Part shown: one piece after another, positions 20,508 to 30,687 of the stretch
Layout of the letters: each line of letters begins with the position of its first letter
How positions within the stretch are numbered: position 1 is the first letter of the stretch
Virus record (IMG/VR): IMGVR_UViG_3300035698_006513
DNA: 64,000 nucleotides
Reading direction: 5' to 3' (one strand)
Source: a virus
Notes under the pieces: generated by a model
Told to the model about the DNA's origin: nothing
Database searches by the model: none
The model's input: the letters and a program-made list of their open reading frames with translations, nothing else
Translations under genes and position numbers: made by a program

Positions 20508-22640
20508 CTAGTAGATAATGAGGTCACGAGTGAGGACATGCCGTAAAGACTTTACGGCATTGGGTGGGAGTACCCAACACGACCCGTACTTTTGGATGAG
20601 ACCTTGACTGTGTTCCTTACTTAGCACAATTCCCCAACGTTTGAGCTTGTTTCGTTGCTTCGTGATGGCGTCTCTCCATCTGGGCGCGTTGGAGCTGTCT
20701 ATTATTTCCATCTCAGCCTCTCGCATAAGGCCATTGGAGCAGAGATAATTATGTATCTCTGCTGATAGGGTGTGTTCTGTAAACACGGCTGTACTAGTTA
20801 TGCCTCCTTCCTCATCAGAAGACAGCACATGTATCGTCGTAGCCGCCGTTGGGACAACATACATACCTGTGCTCGCATCATACTGCACAATATTCAGAAT
20901 ACTTCTACACAATATACGTAGCCCGGAACTCCCTTGAGTAGATACAGATTCTCTACCAGAGTCCCCCTTCGTAATATTGTGTAGAAGTGTAGACACACTC
21001 ATATCCACGCCTGCTGGGTCGTAGTCACTCTTTGCCCAATCTCGGTATCCGTAAGTAAGCGCCTCATGAAAGGCGGTAACACCCATTTTAATATTCTCTC
21101 CCATACGCTTACTTACCTCCGCAACATTTGGGAGGTCCTCCATCCGTACAACCAAACCGACGCGCTCGATGTGCATATACGGTATTTCTGCGGACTCTGC
21201 CACCTCCTTCTGGTCACCAGACACACTCCAATCCTCCATGACAAGATGATTGAGTGTTTCGATAGGTATGAATACTTCCCCAAGTTGGTCTAGCAGGATC
21301 GTACGATTCCACCAGGACTTCTCTCTCAACATGGTGACGTTGGGACTGACATGTTCGCGGATACGCGTAACATCCTGCACGAGTTTTTCTTGATGCTGCA
21401 TAAATTCCGCGGATGTATGTAGTGAGTCTGCTACAAACGAGGCCAGTAATCCCAATATAGATCTGATCAAACGAGTATCGACACAGTGGTATCTTGCGCC
21501 GGAGTAAGCCTGTACATGGTGCAGTAACTTACCTGTATATGCGGTGTCCAGAGACACTGTGCTGAATATCCGTTTCAGTTTACTCATAGAGAAAGTGTAA
21601 TCTATTCTGCTCTCTATGAAGGACATTACTAGGGGCTCTAGTGCAATAACTACCCGGTAGCTCATGCCGTCTTTGATGGTGAATACATAGGTTGGGTCAT
21701 CTTTCGCAGAAAACATCCCGTGATGCCCTAAGTATAAGTAGTCAGTGCGTATAGGATGTTTTGCGAATACTTTACCAGAATACTTTCGGTCTGCAATAAT
21801 GTTGTATGTCTCTGCTGGCGCATCTGGTCCCACATGCGGTAGCGCTGTAGATACTACATCGTCAGCTGTAACCACCTTTGGTACAGGTTTGACGTATGGT
21901 GTAACTCCGTGATAGCTACGCCACTTATCGGAACGCTTGCCTCTACTAGTTCTTGTGGTGGGGTATGCGACTTGTGTGGGCGCAAAGTTTATCACGTCGG
22001 TCTCGCTCGCCCCATCCTCCAGCTCATCATAAACGAAACTGGTGGTGGTAGCCCCGCCATCAAGGTTAATCAAACCACAGTCCGTGTCATACTGTTCCGT
22101 GTCATCGTTACGCAAGTTGGCTGCGGTTCTATCCCACCCATCGGCTTTTACTGCCGCTTCTTCTGCTTCGGATTCTTCTCCCGTCAGAAGAGGGTCGCGA
22201 TTCTTGAACTTATGGTACTCCTCCAGCTCCTCTTCTGTGATTGTAGGTAAAGTTTCTTCCTCAACCAGCGGGTGTACCTCTTCTATAAACTCTTCTATAA
22301 CGGTGTCATCTGAACTATCCTTACTTAGGGACAACTCAAGCGCATCAAACACAGCGTGTACAGCTACAGTAAACGCCATCTCAGAGGGAGGTATAGAAGC
22401 CATACCTAGTCGCAGTATCTTCTTTAACCGACGCAGTGTACATATATTCCTTCTCGTACGCAGAAAGTCCCCCTCTACGGTAACATCTGGTAGGAGATTA
22501 TTCACATTCATGAGCTCCTCACGCAAAGCGCTAAGATAGATATGCGTAGTTACCCCTAAAGCGTTAATAGCTGCCAATACAGATTCACGCAGCTGTTTTA
22601 GATTGTCATTCATAATATACTCCATACAAAAAAACCACAT
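20508..22640 (-). CDS. 710-aa protein with acidic linker and C-terminal Mrr_N-like winged helix
   Basis: LMREAEMEIIDSSNAPRWRDAITKQRNKLKRWGIV...GSCWVL resembles the Mrr N-terminal wHTH pattern. Confidence 0.5.
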   Translation of the reverse strand: MWFFCMEYIMNDNLKQLRESVLAAINALGVTTHIYLSALREELMNVNNLLPDVTVEGDFLRTRRNICTLRRLKKILRLGMASIPPSEMAFTVAVHAVFDALELSLSKDSSDDTVIEEFIEEVHPLVEEETLPTITEEELEEYHKFKNRDPLLTGEESEAEEAAVKADGWDRTAANLRNDDTEQYDTDCGLINLDGGATTTSFVYDELEDGASETDVINFAPTQVAYPTTRTSRGKRSDKWRSYHGVTPYVKPVPKVVTADDVVSTALPHVGPDAPAETYNIIADRKYSGKVFAKHPIRTDYLYLGHHGMFSAKDDPTYVFTIKDGMSYRVVIALEPLVMSFIESRIDYTFSMSKLKRIFSTVSLDTAYTGKLLHHVQAYSGARYHCVDTRLIRSILGLLASFVADSLHTSAEFMQHQEKLVQDVTRIREHVSPNVTMLREKSWWNRTILLDQLGEVFIPIETLNHLVMEDWSVSGDQKEVAESAEIPYMHIERVGLVVRMEDLPNVAEVSKRMGENIKMGVTAFHEALTYGYRDWAKSDYDPAGVDMSVSTLLHNITKGDSGRESVSTQGSSGLRILCRSILNIVQYDASTGMYVVPTAATTIHVLSSDEEGGITSTAVFTEHTLSAEIHNYLCSNGLMREAEMEIIDSSNAPRWRDAITKQRNKLKRWGIVLSKEHSQGLIQKYGSCWVLPPNAVKSLRHVLTRDLIIY

Positions 22641-22689
22641 GCTATTCCTAACATGTGGTTCTCACAGTGAAATTTGGGACTTGCTCGTA

Positions 22690-23616
22690 CTACTCGGAGT
22701 GGTGCTTGTCGCACGGACAATCTACTCCGTGGTCATCAGCTTCTTCTATAGAGGCACTCTCTGCCGGAACAGGAAGAGGGACTGTTTCTCCTTCCTCTAA
22801 CATACCGACACCAGACGTGAACAGCGTAGCGAGACATTCAGAGGAGTGATCGTACATCTTCTGTGCCTCTTCATCCAGCACCACACCCTGCTCAATCATA
22901 CGATCCATAGTACCACGAAGAGCCAGCATAGCATCTAGCGCGGATGTGTTCACAGTTGACGCTTCCATTTTATGGCGCATAGCTTTAGCACGAGACTCAG
23001 AGACTCTTTTCCAGTACTCATTGTTCTTTTCGAGTTTGAGGTATGCATCAGAGAGCACTCTAAGCTCTTTCTTCAGGTCTGTTACGATACCGTTGAGAGT
23101 TCGTTTGCGTCTGCGTAACTTAGTTACGTCCTTGTCGTCCTTCTTGATTTCGAGTGCGGCGCTTTCTTCCTGCAGTTTACTGTCCTGCTCTTCAAGCTGA
23201 TCACGCCAGGTTTCCAGCTCATCCTGGTCTTTGAGGCGACCTTCTATCTCCCCGTAACGGGATCGCTCTTCCAAGAGACGGTTATTCTCATCTTGGAGGG
23301 AGGTGATATATTTCTCTTTGCTGTCGGCCATCATGGCCGACATGCGAATGAAGTTAGTGAAATCATCGTGCAAAGTGCAGTAGAGATTGTCCAGATCGCA
23401 CATACGTTGCGACATGCCGCCATAAGCTGCGTCGTATGCATGTTTGTGCGTGCTGAGTTTTGCAGATATTAGCGCTGCTCCTGCACGTTCTACTGTATGA
23501 CGTTCGCACGCTACAAATTCTGGGCAACCTACACACTGCGGGTCTTCCTTATTGAAGCGTACCTTGTATGAGATTTCCGAATTACACTCACGTAGAGATT
23601 TACCAATTCGTTCCAT
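22690..23616 (-). CDS. Coiled-coil protein with N-terminal Cys cluster
   Basis: CVGCPEFVAC plus long E/K/L heptad region. Confidence 0.7.
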   Translation of the reverse strand: MERIGKSLRECNSEISYKVRFNKEDPQCVGCPEFVACERHTVERAGAALISAKLSTHKHAYDAAYGGMSQRMCDLDNLYCTLHDDFTNFIRMSAMMADSKEKYITSLQDENNRLLEERSRYGEIEGRLKDQDELETWRDQLEEQDSKLQEESAALEIKKDDKDVTKLRRRKRTLNGIVTDLKKELRVLSDAYLKLEKNNEYWKRVSESRAKAMRHKMEASTVNTSALDAMLALRGTMDRMIEQGVVLDEEAQKMYDHSSECLATLFTSGVGMLEEGETVPLPVPAESASIEEADDHGVDCPCDKHHSE

Positions 23617-23617
23617 T

Positions 23618-24088
23618 CTACTTTTCCTTTTGGCCTAGCCAATGTGATATGAGTTTCTTGAAGCTACTTCCAGTATTAGCGTTCATTTTGAACGCAGTTC
23701 CTTCACTCTCTTCTAACACAGACGCCTTCAGTTCTCTGATGAGTTTACCCTCTTCTCCGTCCACCGCCATACAGTGTCCGCGCCAGAATAGGTACGCAAA
23801 TAGTATCCAAACTTCATTGCGCATTAAGGACCCTCCGCGGGCACTAATGAATGATGATAGCGACCCTACCATCTTCAGTTCTTCCTCTCCGACGTTAGGT
23901 AATTGGTTGTCGAAATCTTCTCGTAGAGACTTGAAGGTTTTACCCGAATCCACGAAATTCTCGAAACCTTCAAACGCTTCCAATAAACTTTTAGCTGTGC
24001 CCTCAGTTAGGGATGAGCTTGTAATACTGCTGACTATATTTTGCACTTCTGCAAGTTTCTCTGCTTCAGACCTTCCTTGAAAAAACAT
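23618..24088 (-). CDS. Hypothetical protein
   Basis: Coupled ORF in operon. Confidence 0.65.
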   Translation of the reverse strand: MFFQGRSEAEKLAEVQNIVSSITSSSLTEGTAKSLLEAFEGFENFVDSGKTFKSLREDFDNQLPNVGEEELKMVGSLSSFISARGGSLMRNEVWILFAYLFWRGHCMAVDGEEGKLIRELKASVLEESEGTAFKMNANTGSSFKKLISHWLGQKEK

Positions 24089-24419
24089 GAGGATCTCCTC
24101 TGTTAAGTGTGGGGTATCTTTCCCTCAATGTAGCAAGTAAAGATGATGACCTACACGTGTATGAATCGGTTTCACGTAACACGGGTATACCTGTGTCTAA
24201 TACTTCCACGATTGTGTATATACGTTTGGACGTGTCCTCTAATAGGAACATAGATGACCCAGCAGGGTGTTGCGTCCAGAAAAACTCTATACACATACTA
24301 AAGAAAGCGCTGCCTGTAATCCCTATACGCGCTTTCATACGCTCAACATAACGAGTCATATCTTTATTGAGATGGAACCTATATTCTGTTCCTTGAGTTT
24401 TACTCTTCTTTTGAGGCAT
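24066..24419 (-). CDS. Putative ribbon-helix-helix DNA-binding protein
   Basis: YRFHLNKDMTRYVERMKARIGITGSAFFSMCI fits RHH spacing. Confidence 0.45.
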   Translation of the reverse strand: MPQKKSKTQGTEYRFHLNKDMTRYVERMKARIGITGSAFFSMCIEFFWTQHPAGSSMFLLEDTSKRIYTIVEVLDTGIPVLRETDSYTCRSSSLLATLRERYPTLNRGDPHVFSRKV

Positions 24420-24455
24420 AAGGTATTGAACTCGTACGTAGTAAAGGAGATTGAT

Positions 24456-25298
24456 ATGAGTAACCTAAGTACCATACGTGAGCCGTTCTGGGCTAAGACA
24501 TTAGACGGATACTTCTACAAAAAAGAAGTGGTGATGCCTGCAGGCAAGCGTCGAATAAACCTGATACGCTGGAATAGTAGAGCTAAATCGTATAGCACAG
24601 AGCAGCTGGTATGCGATGGCAATCTTATGGACACAAAGGACGCTGTTGTGGAGAAGTTAATCGCATCAGGATGGGAAACTGATGTGGATGCCGCAGATTT
24701 AGATACGCCTACTGTGTCTAAGTGGGTGGATTGGCCAGAGGGCTTTGAATTCCGTGCGCCTATTGTAAACCCCAACATAGATAAGCTTGGGAATAGTATG
24801 GATGAGCCCGCTTTATGGGCAGGTATTGCGGGGAAAGCGGTCATCATTGTGTACACAAAGACGTTCATCAAAGTGTACACAAGTAAAGGAGAGACCGCTA
24901 CTGCTCCCAAAAGAATACTAAGAGAGTTCATGCGCATGTTCGAGCCCGAGACTATTGGGAGAGGGGTAATCGCACACGATGCCTTACACCTTTGGGACAC
25001 TCCGATAAAGAACGGGGTTGATCTCATGGCGTTCAAACCTACACGGATGAGGATACACAAAAAAGAAGGGGTGTGCATAAAACCTTATCATAAGCTGAAA
25101 GCAGAGGCACAAGTTCCATTCATTATATTAACTGATGGAAATAAGCGTGCGGAGAAAACCGCTTATGGGGTGGGTACACACAGTGACGTTAGTTATCTCC
25201 ACGGGACGTGGGTGTTCCATCCCACTGCGTTACCTCTTCAAGTGCGAAACGATCCTCAGCAGATAGTTCCTCTTCTAACGCGTCAGCATCAGTCGTAA
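24456..25298 (+). CDS. Degenerate ATP-dependent DNA ligase (nucleotidyltransferase-domain)-like protein
   Basis: GIAGKAVIIV..IKVYTSKGE ~ KxDGxR..V.LYSRxG; ETIGRGVI ~ TILDGEL; LHLWDTPIKNGVDL ~ FDxLxxNGxDL; AAAGGAG RBS. Confidence 0.5.
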   Translation: MSNLSTIREPFWAKTLDGYFYKKEVVMPAGKRRINLIRWNSRAKSYSTEQLVCDGNLMDTKDAVVEKLIASGWETDVDAADLDTPTVSKWVDWPEGFEFRAPIVNPNIDKLGNSMDEPALWAGIAGKAVIIVYTKTFIKVYTSKGETATAPKRILREFMRMFEPETIGRGVIAHDALHLWDTPIKNGVDLMAFKPTRMRIHKKEGVCIKPYHKLKAEAQVPFIILTDGNKRAEKTAYGVGTHSDVSYLHGTWVFHPTALPLQVRNDPQQIVPLLTRQHQS

Positions 25299-25596
25299 TA
25301 CTGATACCTAGTATAGCTACTCCTGCATGTTGCGCGGCTTCGACATTATCAGCAATATCTGACATGCTGATAATTTCTTTGTCCACTAACGCACGCAACG
25401 CAGCTATAGCTAGTACGTTAGTGTCAGAGTTTAAAGAAATAACACGCAGTAACTCCTGAATGGAGGTTTGAAACGCAGCAAGTGTCTCATCCTTCCATTC
25501 AGAGTAAGCCTGCGTTTTATTAGGTATTGTAGTAATATACGGCTCAGAATCTACATCTACAATATCAGCAGGTAGGGGTGGTAGTTCTAGCAACAT
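25189..25596 (-). CDS. Acidic hypothetical protein
   Basis: AAGGAG RBS. Confidence 0.7.
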   Translation of the reverse strand: MLLELPPLPADIVDVDSEPYITTIPNKTQAYSEWKDETLAAFQTSIQELLRVISLNSDTNVLAIAALRALVDKEIISMSDIADNVEAAQHAGVAILGISITTDADALEEELSAEDRFALEEVTQWDGTPTSRGDN

Positions 25597-25605
25597 ATCA
25601 TCTCC

Positions 25606-25854
25606 TTACAAAGGTTCTTGCATAAGATCATCAAGCTCTTGCTCAACCGTATCTATTCTTGTACGTAAACTGCCTAGAAACTCTTCAATAGTATCAGTGG
25701 ACACGACGCCTTTTTGTTCCTCTACCCAAATAACATTATCGGGGGATTCTCCCTCTACGGGGATAAACGGGTCCAGTAGCTCGATAACAGTGAGCATAAG
25801 TTGCCGTTTCTCTGACAGTAACGTATACCTCTCTAACGCCTCGCGGAATTCCAT
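25606..25854 (-). CDS. Small helical hypothetical protein
   Basis: Stop/start overlap with upstream gene. Confidence 0.7.
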   Translation of the reverse strand: MEFREALERYTLLSEKRQLMLTVIELLDPFIPVEGESPDNVIWVEEQKGVVSTDTIEEFLGSLRTRIDTVEQELDDLMQEPL

Positions 25855-26525
25855 TAGCCTAAAAACTCCTTCAGACGCTTATCAATGTCCTGCCCATGCA
25901 TCGTATCTTCTATGATTCGCCACCAAGGGTACACAACTCTCTCGTACTCTCGCATCTCGAACTCACGAAACTCGTCCATGTGCTGAGCTTCGGAAAGAAT
26001 ACGTATGTCTCTTTTGTGCCATAGGGATACTATGTCACACTCACCCTTGAGACACTGCATCAGTTGTATAATGAGGCTACGAATCTCCCACATCTCTCTC
26101 CGGAAAGGACCCAAAGCAGTGACTGTGTTTTCTCGTAGACAAGTTTTCATACAGTGTGGGCAGTTTACAATGTCACCACTAAAGTATTGAGCAGAGAACG
26201 GCTTATAACATTGGGGATGGGCACAGAAGTGCATAGACACATCCCCTTCTCCAGATAAGCGCTTACCACTTTCCCATACACGTATCTTTGCGTGAGTAAC
26301 ATGTCTCGTGGATCGCGTAGAACCAAACGTGATTTCGATACGAAAGGGTGCCATTTTGTGTTTGGCTTTATCCGCAGCTCTACTATCACTGTCCTCTTTT
26401 AGGATACGATCTCGCTGTTCTCTAGAGAACCTCAAGTCCTTTGGAAGACCGTCAACTACTTTCTGTAGTGCTTTCTTAGTACTCAGCTCCTCCCTAGAAG
26501 GAGGTTTAGAGAAAGAGAAGTTCAT
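25854..26525 (-). CDS. Zinc-ribbon hypothetical protein
   Basis: CAHPQC...CPHC; AGGAGG RBS before ATG 26525. Confidence 0.7.
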   Translation of the reverse strand: MNFSFSKPPSREELSTKKALQKVVDGLPKDLRFSREQRDRILKEDSDSRAADKAKHKMAPFRIEITFGSTRSTRHVTHAKIRVWESGKRLSGEGDVSMHFCAHPQCYKPFSAQYFSGDIVNCPHCMKTCLRENTVTALGPFRREMWEIRSLIIQLMQCLKGECDIVSLWHKRDIRILSEAQHMDEFREFEMREYERVVYPWWRIIEDTMHGQDIDKRLKEFLG

Positions 26526-26526
26526 A

Positions 26527-27057
26527 TCATCCTCCTGACGAACTTGAGTACGCACCCCGCATACCACGCTCACCATCTGGGGTACCAGCGCCGGATTGGG
26601 GTACATTACGTGGACCAGATAAAACTGCGTTTCCTTGGCCATCGTTCACGTAAAAAAATGCAGTGTCTACTTGGTCAGACGCACTCTCATACACAGATAA
26701 GTCCAACGCTTCAAATATCCTAGATGCATCATCGTTGTTACGAATTGAACCTGCAATAGTATATCCCTGCACCAGCTTACTAGGCATGGATCCTTCAGCA
26801 GGCTTTAACCTGTAGGTACGACTGCAATGTATGCGCATACTGTCCGGCCAATCTTGCGTAGCCATCAATAAACGCAGAAACACGTCTAATATGAGTTGCC
26901 TATTGGCAGGACCTGCTCCGAAAACTCTGAAACTTGCGGGTCCTGTAACGGTACCATCACCCTCCATCTCCATGACACGCATAACACGGTATCTCTGTAG
27001 TAGATCTCGTACAGCGTCTACTAGACGAGGTTGTGCTTCATTATTTTGTGTAGTCAT
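26527..27057 (-). CDS. Hypothetical protein
   Basis: Coupled ORF in operon. Confidence 0.65.
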   Translation of the reverse strand: MTTQNNEAQPRLVDAVRDLLQRYRVMRVMEMEGDGTVTGPASFRVFGAGPANRQLILDVFLRLLMATQDWPDSMRIHCSRTYRLKPAEGSMPSKLVQGYTIAGSIRNNDDASRIFEALDLSVYESASDQVDTAFFYVNDGQGNAVLSGPRNVPQSGAGTPDGERGMRGAYSSSSGG

Positions 27058-27320
27058 TTACCTTTCACCATCAATTTAAACTCCCCGTCGTTAAAACTAG
27101 CCCGCGCATAAAACTCTTCGGGTACGTTCAAAACGGCGCGAAATGTTTGTGTTTTAGCTTGTACTGCCAATATAGGTTCATTTTTAGCCACAGGTACGCA
27201 AAACTCGCAGTAATGCTTACCTTCTATCAGCTCTAGTGCAGAGTCCTTACAAGGACTTCCACACATTGAACACGAATTGACTTCTACTACGTCAGCTACA
27301 GGAGTTTCTGTGGAACACAT
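27054..27320 (-). CDS. Small zinc-finger protein
   Basis: CSMC...YCEFC. Confidence 0.65.
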   Translation of the reverse strand: MCSTETPVADVVEVNSCSMCGSPCKDSALELIEGKHYCEFCVPVAKNEPILAVQAKTQTFRAVLNVPEEFYARASFNDGEFKLMVKGK

Positions 27321-27799
27321 TGTCTCACCCTAATACAATAAGATTTAGTGATCCCTGAGATAGGTGCATAAGGAGATTTAGACCCGGTCACAATAATAAT
27401 ATCATCCGGATAGGTCTTTAGCTCACCCACACGTAATCCAAAGAACACAGGAGATACAGGCAACCCCACACCAGAGAAGAACGTAGTTACCTTGCCTACT
27501 AAAATATAAGTAGGATGCAGCCCTTCTGCTATCAGTTTGGATACCTGTGCGTGCAGACCAACCAACATAGAGGAGTAACTCCCGCTAACCTCCTCTATGT
27601 CGCCAGTCTTAGCCATTTCTTCTACGGAAGAAGTGTATGTGTCTAGTTCCGCGCCCGGTTGTACTGACTCCTCTATCACAATGAGGTCACCCTCTACATC
27701 AAACAGTACAGACTTAGTGTCCTCACAGAACAACTCCCTATGATGGGCGGATATTTCTGTAGGAGGTATCATACCAAAACGCTTTACTACAGTACTCAT
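27296..27799 (-). CDS. Hypothetical protein
   Basis: Coupled ORF in operon. Confidence 0.65.
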   Translation of the reverse strand: MSTVVKRFGMIPPTEISAHHRELFCEDTKSVLFDVEGDLIVIEESVQPGAELDTYTSSVEEMAKTGDIEEVSGSYSSMLVGLHAQVSKLIAEGLHPTYILVGKVTTFFSGVGLPVSPVFFGLRVGELKTYPDDIIIVTGSKSPYAPISGITKSYCIRVRQCVPQKLL

Positions 27800-27802
27800 A
27801 AG

Positions 27803-28111
27803 TTAATCTTCCTGTAATTCTACACCAAAGATGTCGCCCTCGTGGAATATCCAATACTCCAGCCCGTCTTTGTCGTGAGATCGTACCAGATTAATAAGGT
27901 TTACGCTCTCAATAAGAGCGATTGACCCTACTACGAGAAACTCATCTCTAACATCAGGGCCGATAGATACAACATTCATGGGAATCGTAGTATTTATTGT
28001 AGACTGCTGTTCCGCATAAACATTGAGAATTGGGCTGATGTCGCGAATAGGTGCGCGAGTACAGAGTACTCTATCCTTTATCGGACGTATCCACGGTTGT
28101 GGGTTTGTCAC
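27803..28111 (-). CDS. groES: GroES/Cpn10-like co-chaperonin
   Basis: IRPIKDRVL...VVSIGPDV...VVGSIAL...DGLEYWIFHEGDIFGV; AAAGGAG RBS before GTG 28111. Confidence 0.75.
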   Translation of the reverse strand: MTNPQPWIRPIKDRVLCTRAPIRDISPILNVYAEQQSTINTTIPMNVVSIGPDVRDEFLVVGSIALIESVNLINLVRSHDKDGLEYWIFHEGDIFGVELQED

Positions 28112-28484
28112 GTTTTGGTCTCCTTTGTCTCTTTTTCTTTGGAGCTGAGGATGCCTCCACCAACGCAACGACGCCGGTGCGGTATGACAGAGCATAGTCA
28201 GACTCTCCGGATCCTTCGTAGTAGAAGACATATCCGTCATCTCCAAATTTAGCCATCTGCACTAATGACACTAAAGTACCGTCGACAGTGAATAAGAAGC
28301 TCTTACCGACGCCTTCTACATTTGGGATAGTAGACTGCCCCGCTACAAAGTCTGCCTCAGACATAATCTGAGGCAGTAGTAGCTGCTTGCGCTCAGACTC
28401 CAACCGTGTGAGGTCTGCTGCGGATACTTCGTCAAACTCTACGCCCTTATGATACATCTTTGGTATCCTCAGAGCCCATGACAT
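28071..28484 (-). CDS. Hypothetical protein with basic C-terminal tail
   Basis: ORF in operon; PKKKRQRRPKR. Confidence 0.6.
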   Translation of the reverse strand: MSWALRIPKMYHKGVEFDEVSAADLTRLESERKQLLLPQIMSEADFVAGQSTIPNVEGVGKSFLFTVDGTLVSLVQMAKFGDDGYVFYYEGSGESDYALSYRTGVVALVEASSAPKKKRQRRPKRDKPTTVDTSDKG

Positions 28485-28773
28485 AGAGCTCTACGTTGCC
28501 AGCTGTCAGTATAAATCTCATATTAGCAGGCGTATCATCAGGTTGAGGTAGCGATAGTTGTAGTACCCAACCGTCCGAGCCTTTTTTATATGCCTGCACC
28601 ATACCCATAGCCGTATCATTAAGTAGCACGTACGTTTTATCCTGCTCAGGGTCTCTGCCGTACAGAAAATCAGCACTTTCCACTATTTCATGGAAGTTAC
28701 TAGGATGCTGATTTTCGATGTGTTCCTTTATTCCCACAACAGTGGAACTTTCGCACGCTATTTTTGTACTCAT
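28447..28773 (-). CDS. Hypothetical protein
   Basis: ATGA overlap with upstream gene. Confidence 0.6.
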   Translation of the reverse strand: MSTKIACESSTVVGIKEHIENQHPSNFHEIVESADFLYGRDPEQDKTYVLLNDTAMGMVQAYKKGSDGWVLQLSLPQPDDTPANMRFILTAGNVELYVMGSEDTKDVS

Positions 28774-29141
28774 GATGCTTCTTCTAACCCCAGGGCTAAC
28801 TCAACGTTGTCGTTAATGTGAGTTTCGGGTGTAGGGGCGATCTCTTCCGTAGGATACATACGTGTTCCTGGCTCAGGAAGAACCTCGCCATTTCTGCTAC
28901 GGTACGCGAGGAAGTCTTTACGAAACTTATCTGAGGGTGCAGCTGGTGACGCGTTCTCTCTAGTTAAGCACATCAACCGCATAGGCTTCTGGCCAGAGTC
29001 AGTGTACCAAATGAGGTAACTGTGCGTTTCTTTTTGACCACGACCGTTATCCTCAGTAACGTTTACGAACCAGGTTTCGGCAGAGACCATACCTTGGATA
29101 CCGTAAGGAGTATTCTCTTCGGATCTAATATCTTCGGACAT
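28770..29141 (-). CDS. Hypothetical protein
   Basis: Coupled ORF in operon. Confidence 0.65.
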   Translation of the reverse strand: MSEDIRSEENTPYGIQGMVSAETWFVNVTEDNGRGQKETHSYLIWYTDSGQKPMRLMCLTRENASPAAPSDKFRKDFLAYRSRNGEVLPEPGTRMYPTEEIAPTPETHINDNVELALGLEEAS

Positions 29142-29144
29142 ATC

Positions 29145-29537
29145 TTATTCTTCCTTTCTAACTGTTCTGGTTACATATGGCCCATATCTAGATATACCTA
29201 ACTCTAGTATTAAGCCGTTTTCTAATTCTAGCGCTTGTATACCGTCCCCCTGCATCTGAACTCTGGAGATACGGTAAGTACACAACATAGCCGCAATCGC
29301 TTCCGGTGGGAGTCTTTCGTCTATACTTTCTCCGCCTTTACACACAGCGTAATACTTGTCAGGAGTTACTGTTCTAGCTGGCAGTGTTGGTGTTTCCTGT
29401 AACCACGAAGTTTCTCCCGGGCATCTGGGGCATGGGTACAGTTTAGACAGCTCCATATACAACACAGGCGTAACTTCACCTATTACATGTAGCAATAATC
29501 CGCATGTGTCACATGTGCTGTATATATCTATATGCAT
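29145..29537 (-). CDS. Zinc-ribbon hypothetical protein
   Basis: CDTC...CPRC. Confidence 0.65.
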   Translation of the reverse strand: MHIDIYSTCDTCGLLLHVIGEVTPVLYMELSKLYPCPRCPGETSWLQETPTLPARTVTPDKYYAVCKGGESIDERLPPEAIAAMLCTYRISRVQMQGDGIQALELENGLILELGISRYGPYVTRTVRKEE

Positions 29538-29539
29538 AC

Positions 29540-30109
29540 TTATACAGAGCTCACACCATCTTCATCCGCATCAGCAGATGTAGGTGCTTTGGGTATGCTA
29601 GGGAATGCGGGTCTAAATGCAGCAGGACTATGTGACTGCACACTAACCACTTCTTTTTTTACTGTCTCGTACAGCAAGCTAATACTCTGCTCACTCATTT
29701 CCTCCAGCTTAATTCCCTGCTTCGCTGTGCGTTCCTGCATGATATTTATAACAATGTTATCCAGCGCAGACAACTCAGGTGCATCCGTGTCTGCTGGAGG
29801 CTCTACTATAGCGGCTGCAGATTGTGTGGCAATTTGTTGCTGTGCTAGTGCTGCCTCTTGGAGCATACCATCCAGGTTTTTCTCACCAACATCGTATGGA
29901 GTATCTGGTCCTACCGGAGGTATAGATACAGATACTGGAACAGGAGCTTGCGCTCTTGCTTGAACAGGTGCGTTTAGATTAGACAGTACTGTGAACGTCT
30001 CCTCGGAGATAGGGACAGTGTGCTCAGTACCCCCAGACAGAACCACTAATGTCGTACGCTCTTCATTTGTACCGATTGCTGTGAATTTACCGAATCCTAA
30101 TATACGCAT
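29540..30109 (-). CDS. Hypothetical protein
   Basis: RBS; P/A-rich linkers. Confidence 0.65.
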   Translation of the reverse strand: MRILGFGKFTAIGTNEERTTLVVLSGGTEHTVPISEETFTVLSNLNAPVQARAQAPVPVSVSIPPVGPDTPYDVGEKNLDGMLQEAALAQQQIATQSAAAIVEPPADTDAPELSALDNIVINIMQERTAKQGIKLEEMSEQSISLLYETVKKEVVSVQSHSPAAFRPAFPSIPKAPTSADADEDGVSSV

Positions 30110-30129
30110 TGCGTAATTCCTCTTATAAG

Positions 30130-30687
30130 TTAGAAGCCTAGTACAAGATTAGGTATTCCTATACAAGGGACACAATGTACGCCTTGAGTAGTGACTTCAG
30201 GCTGTTTATGACATATACACAATTCACCTTCGTCTAGAATCCCCCCAGTATCTCCATTTATAACGCGGAACACCTCACCAACCTCAACATCCATAAAGGA
30301 TTTTGGTGCTTTAAATGCACCTGCTGTCCACACTTGTACTTTTTTGAAGTTCCTAATCGTACTTTCAAGTTTCTGGGGCTTGCGTACTTCTTCTCCTTCT
30401 TGTACTACGCGGACAAAGTTAGTATGGGCTCCTACTTCCCTGTACTCAAGGAGGATAGATCTGTCGCTACGCTCTTTTGTGTTTAACTCTTCCAATACAT
30501 CTGCGGTAATTGTCTCGTACTCCACCCCTGTAGGGATAGCAGCGCGGGACATGTTAACTGCGGATACGTAGAGTCTCGTACCATCTCGCCATAAACTCTC
30601 TCCTGTGCACACTTCAACAAAGAATTCCATAAAACTGCTCCTACCATATTTAGGTCCGTCTAAGGGTAATCCATCAGCAGACATCAT
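30130..30687 (-). CDS. Hypothetical protein
   Basis: AGGAG RBS; ATGA-type coupling. Confidence 0.65.
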   Translation of the reverse strand: MMSADGLPLDGPKYGRSSFMEFFVEVCTGESLWRDGTRLYVSAVNMSRAAIPTGVEYETITADVLEELNTKERSDRSILLEYREVGAHTNFVRVVQEGEEVRKPQKLESTIRNFKKVQVWTAGAFKAPKSFMDVEVGEVFRVINGDTGGILDEGELCICHKQPEVTTQGVHCVPCIGIPNLVLGF

